DNA of 64,000 nt. Origin: an uncultured Gemmatimonadaceae bacterium. GTDB lineage: Bacteria > Gemmatimonadota > Gemmatimonadetes > Gemmatimonadales > Gemmatimonadaceae. Positions 9,849 to 17,745 of this stretch are shown in pieces. The notes beneath the pieces are model-generated. The model was given only the letters and a program-made list of their open reading frames with translations. It was not told the DNA's origin and made no database searches. The stretch spans positions 32,001-96,000 of the forward strand of contig CAWBOC010000007.1 in assembly GCA_963790305.1 (NCBI GenBank). The letters run 5' to 3'. The number at the start of each line of letters is the position of its first letter. Position 1 is the stretch's first letter. Both the position numbers and the translations under genes were made by a program.

Positions 9849-9934
9849 AAGGCGCTAGAGGCGCTTGAGCGCTAGAGGCGCTGAACTGAGGCCTCCTCAG
9901 CGCCCTTAGCGCCTCTAGCGCCTTTAGCGCCTCT
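9849..9934. repeat. GAGGCGCTA 9-mer tandem inverted repeat overlapping the VKOR 3' end
   Basis: aggcgctagaggcgct... facing ...agcgcctctagcgcctttagcgcctct. Confidence 0.75.
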
Positions 9935-10339
9935 CAGATCAACCACACTCACCACGAGTATCACGACCAGAATTGCAGCAGACGTCACGCACCAGATGCA
10001 GATCGCGTGGATCACGAACAGCTCGAGGTACGTCAGCCACGCGGAAAACAGCACGCTCCACGCGGCGATCGCGACGAGCAGCAGGGAGATCGTCTGTGAC
10101 CCGGCGTAGCGGTCCGCGGTACCGGCCATCGAGAGCGCGAAGAGCGCGATGTACGCGCCAAGCCCCCATGCAGCGACGGGGAGGCCAAGGAACGTGGCCC
10201 ACTTGCTGGTGTTCACCGTCTCGCATGAGCCAAGCGTGCAGCTCAGGTCGCCGATGAGGCCGATCTTGTAGAGCGTGAGATACAGGGCGATCAGGATGCC
10301 GACCAGCGAGAGCACCGCGATCGTCATGCGCGCGGTCAC
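9872..10339 (-). CDS. Vitamin K epoxide reductase (VKOR) family disulfide-bond formation membrane protein
   Basis: CTLGSCETVNTSKWA loop cysteines, CIWC motif, four TM helices; GTG start overlaps the dsbA stop. Confidence 0.92.
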   Translation of the reverse strand: MTARMTIAVLSLVGILIALYLTLYKIGLIGDLSCTLGSCETVNTSKWATFLGLPVAAWGLGAYIALFALSMAGTADRYAGSQTISLLLVAIAAWSVLFSAWLTYLELFVIHAICIWCVTSAAILVVILVVSVVDLRGAKGARGAKGAEEASVQRL

Positions 10340-11080
10340 CTCGGGCCCGCGCTCCCAGCCGTCGTATCCCGGCGCGCGAGGGCGGTGTCGACGAGCCGCT
10401 TGAGCGCGTCGTACGACAGAGCGCCCGGAATCATCTCGGTTGCCCACGATGAACGTCGGTGTCGAGCGCACCTGGCGCTGAATGCCTAACTGGCGGTTGG
10501 CGCCGATGCGGCCCAGATGCCGCTGCTCCTCGACACAGGTCGACCACGCGCCTTCATCGAGCCCGATCGCTCTCGCGTACTCGGCGAAGAGCCGGCTCCC
10601 GCGACGGTTGGCCGACGCATCGGACTCGCCTGGACGTGTCGCCCACGCATCCTGCCCCGCGAAGATGCGGTCGTGCATCTCCCAGAACTTGTTCTGGTCG
10701 GCGGCGCACGCCGCCGACAGCGATGCGAGGACCGAGTTCCGATGCTGATCGAGCGGGAAGTCGTAGAAGCGAAAGCTCACCTGCCCGGCATCGGCAAGAC
10801 GCTTCCGAACATCCGGCTCGGTGAGCGTCGCGAACTGCGCGCAGGCGGGGCATTCGAAGTCGGCAAACTCCGAGATGGTGACCGGCGCATCGGGCCTCCC
10901 GTAGACGTACGGCTGCGCCTGTCCGGCATTCCCGGGCGGGAGCTCGGCCACCAGCTGTGGTGACGGTCCGGAGCCTCGCGTCTGCATCGCGATCAGCACG
11001 GCGCCGATGACCGCGACTGCCGCCAATATGAGGAAAAAGGGCTTCTTCGAGTCGCGTCGCTGCGGTGGGGCCTTCACCAT
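10336..11080 (-). CDS. DsbA-family thioredoxin-fold protein (one-base frameshift near 10435)
   Basis: N-terminal TM anchor, EFADFECPAC, cis-Pro STPTF; after the indel the other frame reads MIPGALSYDALKRLVD to TGA at 10336-10338. Confidence 0.9.
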
Positions 11081-11373
11081 TTCGGGTCGTCTCCGTCGTC
11101 CGGTTTCCAATCAGTGGGCTCCCATGCGGGATCCGCCTGCTTCTTCGCCTCATCGACAATGCGCCGGTTTTCGGCGACTTCGGGAGTGTCGTACGTCGCA
11201 CGCACTTCGTAATGGAACAGCTCGCTGCGAACGTCTCCGATGAGGCGCGTCAGCTCACCGGCGTGCTCGAGGAGCTTCCCGTCGCCATCCAGCTCGAGGA
11301 TGCGTTTGGCGAGCGCGCGAAGCAGCGCCTCGAGGTTTCGGGCGCGACCGTCGTCGTAGGTCTGGTCCGACAT
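11074..11373 (-). CDS. Hypothetical protein, translationally adjacent to dsbA
   Basis: MSDQTYDDGRARNLEALLRAL... 99-aa ORF overlapping the dsbA start. Confidence 0.75.
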   Translation of the reverse strand: MSDQTYDDGRARNLEALLRALAKRILELDGDGKLLEHAGELTRLIGDVRSELFHYEVRATYDTPEVAENRRIVDEAKKQADPAWEPTDWKPDDGDDPKW

Positions 11374-11428
11374 GCGATGAAAGCTAGAGAGCGGACAAGA
11401 GAGGGTCGAGGGGTGTGACCTGCGATGC

Positions 11429-12361
11429 TTGACCCTCGGCCCTCTATTGACGAGCATCTCCGCGCGGAATTGCAGCGTCTCCACCAACCAGGGCATTTCC
11501 ATCGAAGCTGACATACTTCGGGTTCCCGCCGGACCCGGCGCGCTGCACGTCGAGCGCTATGGGCACGGCGGAGAGCAGATCGTGCTCATCCATGGCTTCG
11601 GCACCTCGAGCTTCCTGTGGCGCTCCGTCGCCCCAGTGCTCGCGACCGAAGGGCACACCGCCTACGCGGTCGATATGCTCGGGTACGGGGAATCCGATCG
11701 CCCCTTCGACGCCGACTACACCCTCGGCGCCCAGGCCGAGTGCCTCGATCGTGCCCTGTCGTCGCTGCGTCTTTCGCGGGTGTCGCTGGTGGGCATCGAC
11801 ATTGGCGCCGCTGTCGCCATGCAGCTGCTGGTCACGCGTCCCGCCCGCGTTGCGCGCCTCACGCTCGTCAATCCCGTCGCGCTCGATGAGCTGCCTGGCG
11901 GTGATGTGCGCGCAATTCAGCGTGGGACGGCCAAGTTCGCGCTGCGCGTAGGACGCGGCATCCTCGGCGCCGCGGCTTTGCTCACGCCGGTGCTCGAAAA
12001 GTCAGTCGCCGACCCCAGATCAATGCCTCCGCGGCTCGTAGCGCGGTACCTGGCACCCTTTGTCGGCAGTGAAGGTGTCTCACATCTGCTGACGCTCGCC
12101 CGGTCGGTGCGGCGAGAGGACCTCGAGGGGCTCGATCCGGGTAAGATCCACGTGCCCACGCTGATCGTGTGGGCGGAAGAGGATCGGTGGGTGGATTCCG
12201 GGCTTGGCGAGCGTCTTCAGGCGATGATTGCAGGTAGTACACTCGTTCGTCTTCCCGGCGTGGGAAGGCTCGTCCCGGAAGAAGCGAGCGATTCGCTCTC
12301 GAGGCTGCTGCTGGAATTCATTGTGCAACATGCGGCTCCCACCACGGCGCCAACCGGATGA
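11429..12361 (+). CDS. Alpha/beta hydrolase (epoxide hydrolase/dehalogenase-like GxDxG); catalytic His apparently replaced by Arg
   Basis: LIHGFG, DMLGYGES, GIDIGAA, WAEED, GVGRLVPEE; start uncertain. Confidence 0.88.
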   Translation: MTLGPLLTSISARNCSVSTNQGISIEADILRVPAGPGALHVERYGHGGEQIVLIHGFGTSSFLWRSVAPVLATEGHTAYAVDMLGYGESDRPFDADYTLGAQAECLDRALSSLRLSRVSLVGIDIGAAVAMQLLVTRPARVARLTLVNPVALDELPGGDVRAIQRGTAKFALRVGRGILGAAALLTPVLEKSVADPRSMPPRLVARYLAPFVGSEGVSHLLTLARSVRREDLEGLDPGKIHVPTLIVWAEEDRWVDSGLGERLQAMIAGSTLVRLPGVGRLVPEEASDSLSRLLLEFIVQHAAPTTAPTG

Positions 12362-12451
12362 GGAAAGTCGACGAAACATGTGCAGTTTCGTGGTTGGTTC
12401 GCTGGTGTGGCACGGTTAGATTGGTGGATACTTTCAATCCTTTTCGAATAC

Positions 12452-12733
12452 ATGGCTAGAAACAGAAACCGGAAGCGTGACGTCGCGTCGCCCTCCCCGT
12501 TCGAGCAGGCGCGAGACGAGATGTTCCAGCAGATTATCCGCTGCGGGGTGTTGCAGGCCTCGCCGGAGCACCAGAAGGAGTGGTTCGATCAGACGATCGA
12601 TTATCTGGCGGACCGGTACCACGAGCTCGGCGAGACGGAAGTGGCTGAGCTGCGCACTCTAGGTGAGCGGTTCTGTCAGCCGCCGAAGGCCAAACAGGGC
12701 GTCGAGGCGGAGAGCGAGGCGGACGCTGCGTAA
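12452..12733 (+). CDS. Hypothetical protein
   Basis: MARNRNRKRD...FEQARDEMFQQIIRCGV...; followed by a hairpin. Confidence 0.75.
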   Translation: MARNRNRKRDVASPSPFEQARDEMFQQIIRCGVLQASPEHQKEWFDQTIDYLADRYHELGETEVAELRTLGERFCQPPKAKQGVEAESEADAA

Positions 12734-12764
12734 GGGCTAGAGCTGCGAACTAAAGGCTGAGTTG

Positions 12765-12792
12765 AGGGCTCCGGGGTTACTCGGGGCCCTTT
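12765..12792. terminator. Intrinsic terminator-like hairpin between convergent genes
   Basis: agggctccggg-gtta-ctcggggccct followed by tt. Confidence 0.6.
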
Positions 12793-12819
12793 GTATGTTC
12801 AGAGCTTCGCAGCTCGCAG

Positions 12820-13263
12820 TTAGAGCTTCACACCGAGCCCGAGCCTGACGCCTCCCCCCAGGCCCGCCTCGAAGAATCCGTCTCCCTTGCGCGCCCCAAG
12901 CAACACCACCAGAACCGCGCGCCCTTTCGCGTCGCGCTCGACGAGCGCGCCGACCCCAGCGCTCGCGTATGCACCCCAGCTGCTGGCACTCATCGGAGCG
13001 GGGGCGAAGCGCGCGAGGAGATCGGCGCGCGCGGAGGCGCGGGGGTCATCGTCGTCCCGTACGGTGGCACCCGCGCCAGCGATGAGATGCACCTCGACGT
13101 TGCGCGACATTGGCCGCGTCACGCCGACGCCGATATGCGTCATCGTGGCGCGCCGGGCGAGAATGCCGTCCATCCGCAGCTCGAACGCGGAGGCCCGCGC
13201 TCGCCCCTGCGCGGCGGCGGCGGGGGCGAGGAGAAGCGCGATTGTGGCGATCGCGCGGCGCAC
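12820..13263 (-). CDS. Exported protein, probable small outer-membrane beta-barrel
   Basis: Signal peptide, amphipathic beta-strands, C-terminus GVRLGLGVKL. Confidence 0.6.
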   Translation of the reverse strand: MRRAIATIALLLAPAAAAQGRARASAFELRMDGILARRATMTHIGVGVTRPMSRNVEVHLIAGAGATVRDDDDPRASARADLLARFAPAPMSASSWGAYASAGVGALVERDAKGRAVLVVLLGARKGDGFFEAGLGGGVRLGLGVKL

Positions 13264-13851
13264 CTACTGGGTTCGCACCGTGATGGCGTTGAAGAACGCG
13301 GTGGTGCCGGTGAACGAATACGCGGGCTCGCCTGGGGGCGGATTGGTGACCCTGCGCAGCCACTGCCCCGAATTCAGATCGATGACGAGCGTCCGCGATC
13401 CGGCGCGCAGATCGAGGCTGATCGGTCGCTGCAGCGTCGGCGCGCTGCCCCCGAGCATGTCGCGCGAGGGAACGCGATCGCCCGGAATCGCGAGCTGTGC
13501 GCTCACGAGCCGCAGCAGCAGGCGATCGAAGCGCGCGGCAGGAACGTCATCCACGAACAGTGTCGATGTCGTTTGCGTCGAATCGATCGGGACGCTCATG
13601 TGGATCTGGCCGACGCCGGTGAAGCGGAAGATCGTGGCGCCTTCGCCGGTCGCCTCGAAAACGAGCGACACCGACGGCCGCGACGAGCCGCTCGTTACGT
13701 CGATGGCTCCCGAGGGATCATCGACGACGCGAAGGGTGAGCGCGGACTGATTCGATCCGGACGTACCGGTGGTGTTGAACCCGGGGCGGCTTCGATCGGT
13801 GCCGCAGCTCACCACCGCGACAACGACGAATGCAACGACGATCGTGCGCAT
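13264..13851 (-). CDS. Lipoprotein, DUF4382-like beta-sandwich
   Basis: Lipobox VVSC; LTLRVVDDP and LVIDLNS segments. Confidence 0.55.
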   Translation of the reverse strand: MRTIVVAFVVVAVVSCGTDRSRPGFNTTGTSGSNQSALTLRVVDDPSGAIDVTSGSSRPSVSLVFEATGEGATIFRFTGVGQIHMSVPIDSTQTTSTLFVDDVPAARFDRLLLRLVSAQLAIPGDRVPSRDMLGGSAPTLQRPISLDLRAGSRTLVIDLNSGQWLRRVTNPPPGEPAYSFTGTTAFFNAITVRTQ

Positions 13852-13861
13852 AGCTCCCTCC

Positions 13862-14386
13862 TCATCGCTGGCGTGTGCGGTGCAACACCAGCGTGTAGTC
13901 GATGATCGAGGCCACGGACGCTGCACCGATGAGAGGTACCATCCAGCGCATCGCTTGTGGCGCCACCGTGAGCGCGAGGATCGCCGCGAGCTGCAGGACC
14001 GTCACGATCTTGCCCGACATGCGCGCCTTGAAATCGCGCGGATCGAGCCCTGGCAGCCGCCACGCCACGAGAAATCCGATCGCGGTCGCGAAATCGCGGG
14101 CGAGGATCATGAAGTACGCGCCCGTGGAGAGGGCTTCTGTTCGCACGAACGCGGTGAGTGCCGCGAGCACGAACGTCTTGTCGGCGATCGGGTCCAGCAG
14201 CGCGCCGCTTCGTGTCATTCGACGGGAGCGGCGTGCGAGCCATCCATCGATGAAGTCACTCGCAGATGCCATGCCGAGGATTACCAGGCGCTCGGCGGTC
14301 GTATCCGCCACCAGGAAGAGCACCGCCAGCGGCAGGCGTGCGAGCGTAATGACGTTCGGGAGGGTGAGGAGCGCGGGGAGACGCAC
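13862..14386 (-). CDS. CDP-alcohol phosphatidyltransferase (PgsA-like)
   Basis: TLPNVITLAR; DFIDGWLARR...GALLDPIADK signature. Confidence 0.92.
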   Translation of the reverse strand: MRLPALLTLPNVITLARLPLAVLFLVADTTAERLVILGMASASDFIDGWLARRSRRMTRSGALLDPIADKTFVLAALTAFVRTEALSTGAYFMILARDFATAIGFLVAWRLPGLDPRDFKARMSGKIVTVLQLAAILALTVAPQAMRWMVPLIGAASVASIIDYTLVLHRTRQR

Positions 14387-14510
14387 GGGGGCGAAGCTAA
14401 CCCGATGGTCGCACGGAGGGCAGATACTCGTCGGTTGCTTGCCCGAACCCGCCGCGCCCGTCTAGCTTGCCCACACGCCCCTTCCCCTGCCGCCCGTCGC
14501 ACACTCCCGC

Positions 14511-15746
14511 ATGAACTGGTTCCGCCTCACGAGCGCCTTCGCCTCGCTCGCCGCGCTCGCGTGCGGCGGTGGCGGTGGCGAGCCGGGGCCGGAGCCGATC
14601 GCGTCCTGCGCGACCGCGCCACTCACCCTTTCGCTGGCCCTCGCCGATGCGCGCGCCGACGCCGCGCCCGGCACGGTGACGGCGGCGATCACCGGCGAGT
14701 TTCCGCGCACCATCACTGGGCGCGCGAGCGCGTTCTCTCGTACACGCTTTCCCGCCTTCCTCGTCGTCGATGCGTTCATGGTCGACGGCGCGGGCCGTCC
14801 GAGTGGCGAGCTGTTCATCTTCGCCCCTGGGACGCCGACCGTCGCTACCCGAGCGCTCGTGCCCGTCACCCTCCAGCAGGTGCGTGATCCGGGCTTCATC
14901 CCGACGGGACCGCTCGCGGTGTGGGCGGAAGCGTTCGATCCGAGCGTCGGGGATTACACGCGCTGGCTGGTCGCAGACGCCGGCACGTTAGGCATCACCA
15001 GCCTTCGCGACGCAGAGGTGGGCCGCGTCGGGCTCACCATTTCGCTCAGCGGGACATGGCATAGTGCGACCGGGACGCGACTCGGCTGCGGCAGAATCAC
15101 CAACGCGACGATCGACGCCCCGATCGTCCGGGGGCTGAGCCCGACCAGTGCGCTCATCGACACGCTGGAGGCATCGACGACGGGAAGTCGCGTCGAAACC
15201 CTCGCCTCGCAGACCATCGACGGATTCCAGACGCTTCGCGCGAACGATACCCGACTCTTGTTGGTCGCCACCATTCCCGGAGATTCCACGCGCGAGCTGT
15301 GGCTGTCGCTGAACGGAGCGAGAATGACCGCGGACAGCGTACCGTTGAGCGAGCTTTCGCTCGCGGGGGCTCGTGCGGGTCGCGACACGGGATCGTTCGC
15401 GATGCTCCGCGTCATAACGGTATCCGGCACCACACCAACGGTGGCGCAGGTCTGGCGCTCGACGTCGGGATGGGTCAAGCTCACCAATCTCGTGCCGGGC
15501 GCGCCATTGGTTCTGTGTGGTTGGGGTACGGCACGTTTTTCGTTTACGGCGATAGGACACACCAACGCGACTGGCGCCGCGCTCGGAACGCTCCAGGCGA
15601 GCGGAGCCCTCGAGGCACGGTACACCGTGCTCTCACCCGCAGACTCGCTGGTCGATCTCGCGGCTTCGGGAGCGGGTCACATTCGGGCTCAATGCGCCGG
15701 AGTCGGCGCGCAACAGGAGATGTTTTCTGTGAGTGTGGACGGATGA
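14511..15746 (+). CDS. Hypothetical lipoprotein, beta-rich, possibly two-domain
   Basis: Lipobox LAALAC; ATGA overlap with the next gene. Confidence 0.7.
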   Translation: MNWFRLTSAFASLAALACGGGGGEPGPEPIASCATAPLTLSLALADARADAAPGTVTAAITGEFPRTITGRASAFSRTRFPAFLVVDAFMVDGAGRPSGELFIFAPGTPTVATRALVPVTLQQVRDPGFIPTGPLAVWAEAFDPSVGDYTRWLVADAGTLGITSLRDAEVGRVGLTISLSGTWHSATGTRLGCGRITNATIDAPIVRGLSPTSALIDTLEASTTGSRVETLASQTIDGFQTLRANDTRLLLVATIPGDSTRELWLSLNGARMTADSVPLSELSLAGARAGRDTGSFAMLRVITVSGTTPTVAQVWRSTSGWVKLTNLVPGAPLVLCGWGTARFSFTAIGHTNATGAALGTLQASGALEARYTVLSPADSLVDLAASGAGHIRAQCAGVGAQQEMFSVSVDG

Positions 15747-16111
15747 GCGCAGAGCCGGCATTTCGCCACGTGGCGGCTGATTTCGTCGGGGTGCCGTACT
15801 CGCAGCTGACGGACGCATCCCTTCTGAGCGGACTGCTGATCGCGTCGGCGGGCGCTGCCGGGTTCACGGCTATCGGGGCTCCCGTCGTTCACATCCTGCC
15901 AAACGATGGAATCGCGGCGGTGCTGTTGCTCGACGGCTGCCACGTCACCGTGCACACCTTTCCCGAGCGTGAGCTGCTGCTGCTCGACATTCTCGCGCTG
16001 TCGACCCACGAGCCCCGCAAGGCGCTCGACGTGTTTGCACGCCGCGTCAGTGCGCGGGCAGTGCACAGCGAGGTGCGCGACCGCGGCGGAGCGCCGGCGC
16101 CGAAGCGATGA
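15743..16111 (+). CDS. S-adenosylmethionine decarboxylase (SpeD/SpeH)-fold protein, atypical
   Basis: GIAAVLLLDGCHVTVHTFPE...LDI aligns with GVxxxxLLxESHxxxHTWPE...DxFTC. Confidence 0.8.
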   Translation: MSAEPAFRHVAADFVGVPYSQLTDASLLSGLLIASAGAAGFTAIGAPVVHILPNDGIAAVLLLDGCHVTVHTFPERELLLLDILALSTHEPRKALDVFARRVSARAVHSEVRDRGGAPAPKR

Positions 16112-17643
16112 CGCGCTTGTGGGCCGGCGAGCTCGTTCCGCTGCACATCGCGCTCTCCGCCATCGTACTTCTGTGGGATCTGTACGTGGCGCGCCGTATG
16201 ACGCAGACGCGCGGCGTCCCGCCGGTGATTGGCGCGCTCACCGGTCTCGCGGCGTTGCTCATCGCGCCGGCGTTGATGGTGGCGCTCGTCTCGGCCTCGA
16301 GCCTGTCGGGCCGCGCGCTCTACACGATTTCATGGGTGTGGCCCCTCACGGCCGTGCTCGTGACCGTCCAGGCCGCCGCAGCGACGGCACGGGGACACAT
16401 CGCGCGCACGGCGGGCATTCCGATCGTTCTCTACGATGCCGTGCTGGCAGCGGTATACGTGACGCGGTGGATGGTCGCCGAGGGCAATGCGCCACCCGAC
16501 TCGCTCCTCGCCCTGTCGGCGGCGCAGACCGGCGCGCAGGCGATCGCGGCCTCACGGCTCGCGATTCTCTCGCCCTGGTTCCTCCACATCCCCATTCTCG
16601 CGCCGGCGACGCCATCGCGAAGGCGGTTCGGCACCACTGTCCGAGTGGGTCTCGCGACACTGGCGGTTGCGTGGACGGTGCTCATCGCGATTCAGATTCC
16701 GCGGTCCACGCGGGCGCTCGCGAGCTACAATCGGTATGCCGACGATCGTCTTCAGGAGCGACCGGAAGGCGATTTCATCATCGGCCTGAAGCTGTTCCCT
16801 CTGCTGCGAACGGGTCCGCCCCCGCTCGCGCTCCGCACCGATCTCGATCTCGCCGACACGCTGGCCGTCGGAGCGATTTCGGTCTACATCGCCCCGGAGG
16901 GAGCCACCGCACGCGCACTCGACTCACTCGCGCGCTCATTGGAGCGTCAGCGAAGCGCGGGACGGCGCCTCATCGCCATCCTCGGCTACCCCGCCGGTGC
17001 GCGCGACCGGTGGGCGACGTCGCCGCAGCAGTACACAGACGCACGCGCTCGTGAGGCCACGCGCATCGCGCAACGGCTTCGCCCGGATTACCTCGTTCCG
17101 GTCGTCGATCCCTTTGGCGGCGGCCGGCGACAGCTCGGCGCGCTCGACCCTCAGCAGTGGGTGCAGCTGTTCGACGCGATCGCGCGATCAGCCGCCGCGT
17201 CGGACCCTCGCATTCGGATCGTCGCGCACATCGGCGGCTTTACCCGGCGCGACCGCGTGCTCTTCGACTGGGCGATGGGCGCCGGATCTCCCGCCGATGT
17301 GGTCGCGATCTCGTTGATGCCGTGGTACGACGGCGCCGAATCGCTCGATCGCGACATGATCGCCGCCGACAAGTGGATTGCCGCCGCGGGCTCGGAGAAG
17401 GATGTCTGGGTGCTCGAGGCCCGTGGCTTTCCGTCAGTTCACGGCGAGCTCAACCAGGAGCGGGCGCTCTGGGGCGCTCTCGCCTGGGCGACGTCGCGTG
17501 CGGCGGTGAAGGGCTACGTGGTGTATCAGGCGAGCGACTACGAGTCGCAGACGGGATTGCGCGCGCCCGGTGGAAGGATACGGCGAGCGGCGGCGGCGTT
17601 ACGGAGAGCGATACGGACGTTGCGCGAGCGCGAGGTGAGTTAA
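16108..17643 (+). CDS. Multi-pass membrane protein with C-terminal glycoside-hydrolase-like TIM barrel
   Basis: About six TM segments, then DYLVPVVDP and VWVLEARG segments resembling clan GH-A beta4/beta7 motifs. Confidence 0.55.
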   Translation: MTRLWAGELVPLHIALSAIVLLWDLYVARRMTQTRGVPPVIGALTGLAALLIAPALMVALVSASSLSGRALYTISWVWPLTAVLVTVQAAAATARGHIARTAGIPIVLYDAVLAAVYVTRWMVAEGNAPPDSLLALSAAQTGAQAIAASRLAILSPWFLHIPILAPATPSRRRFGTTVRVGLATLAVAWTVLIAIQIPRSTRALASYNRYADDRLQERPEGDFIIGLKLFPLLRTGPPPLALRTDLDLADTLAVGAISVYIAPEGATARALDSLARSLERQRSAGRRLIAILGYPAGARDRWATSPQQYTDARAREATRIAQRLRPDYLVPVVDPFGGGRRQLGALDPQQWVQLFDAIARSAAASDPRIRIVAHIGGFTRRDRVLFDWAMGAGSPADVVAISLMPWYDGAESLDRDMIAADKWIAAAGSEKDVWVLEARGFPSVHGELNQERALWGALAWATSRAAVKGYVVYQASDYESQTGLRAPGGRIRRAAAALRRAIRTLREREVS

Positions 17644-17650
17644 GACGCGA

Positions 17651-17724
17651 GGGCGCTGGAGAATGCGCTGAGAGCGCTGGAGTAGCGCTGAGAAACCCAG
17701 CGCTCGTCCAGACCTTTATCCAGC
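17651..17724. repeat. GCGCTGGAG-type tandem/inverted repeat between convergent genes
   Basis: gcgctggaga..gcgctgaga gcgctggag tagcgctgag facing ccagcgct..ccagcgg. Confidence 0.55.
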
Positions 17725-17745
17725 GGTGTTCCACCGCCCTTTGAT

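Noticed and set aside
9872..11110. Apparent DsbA-VKOR fusion (412-aa ORF)
   Set aside because: An extra base near 10435 shifts DsbA into the VKOR frame; the natural DsbA tail ends in TGA overlapping the VKOR GTG, so these are two genes.
12408..12425. TGGCAC sigma54-like box upstream of the gene at 12452
   Set aside because: No GC at the -12 position.
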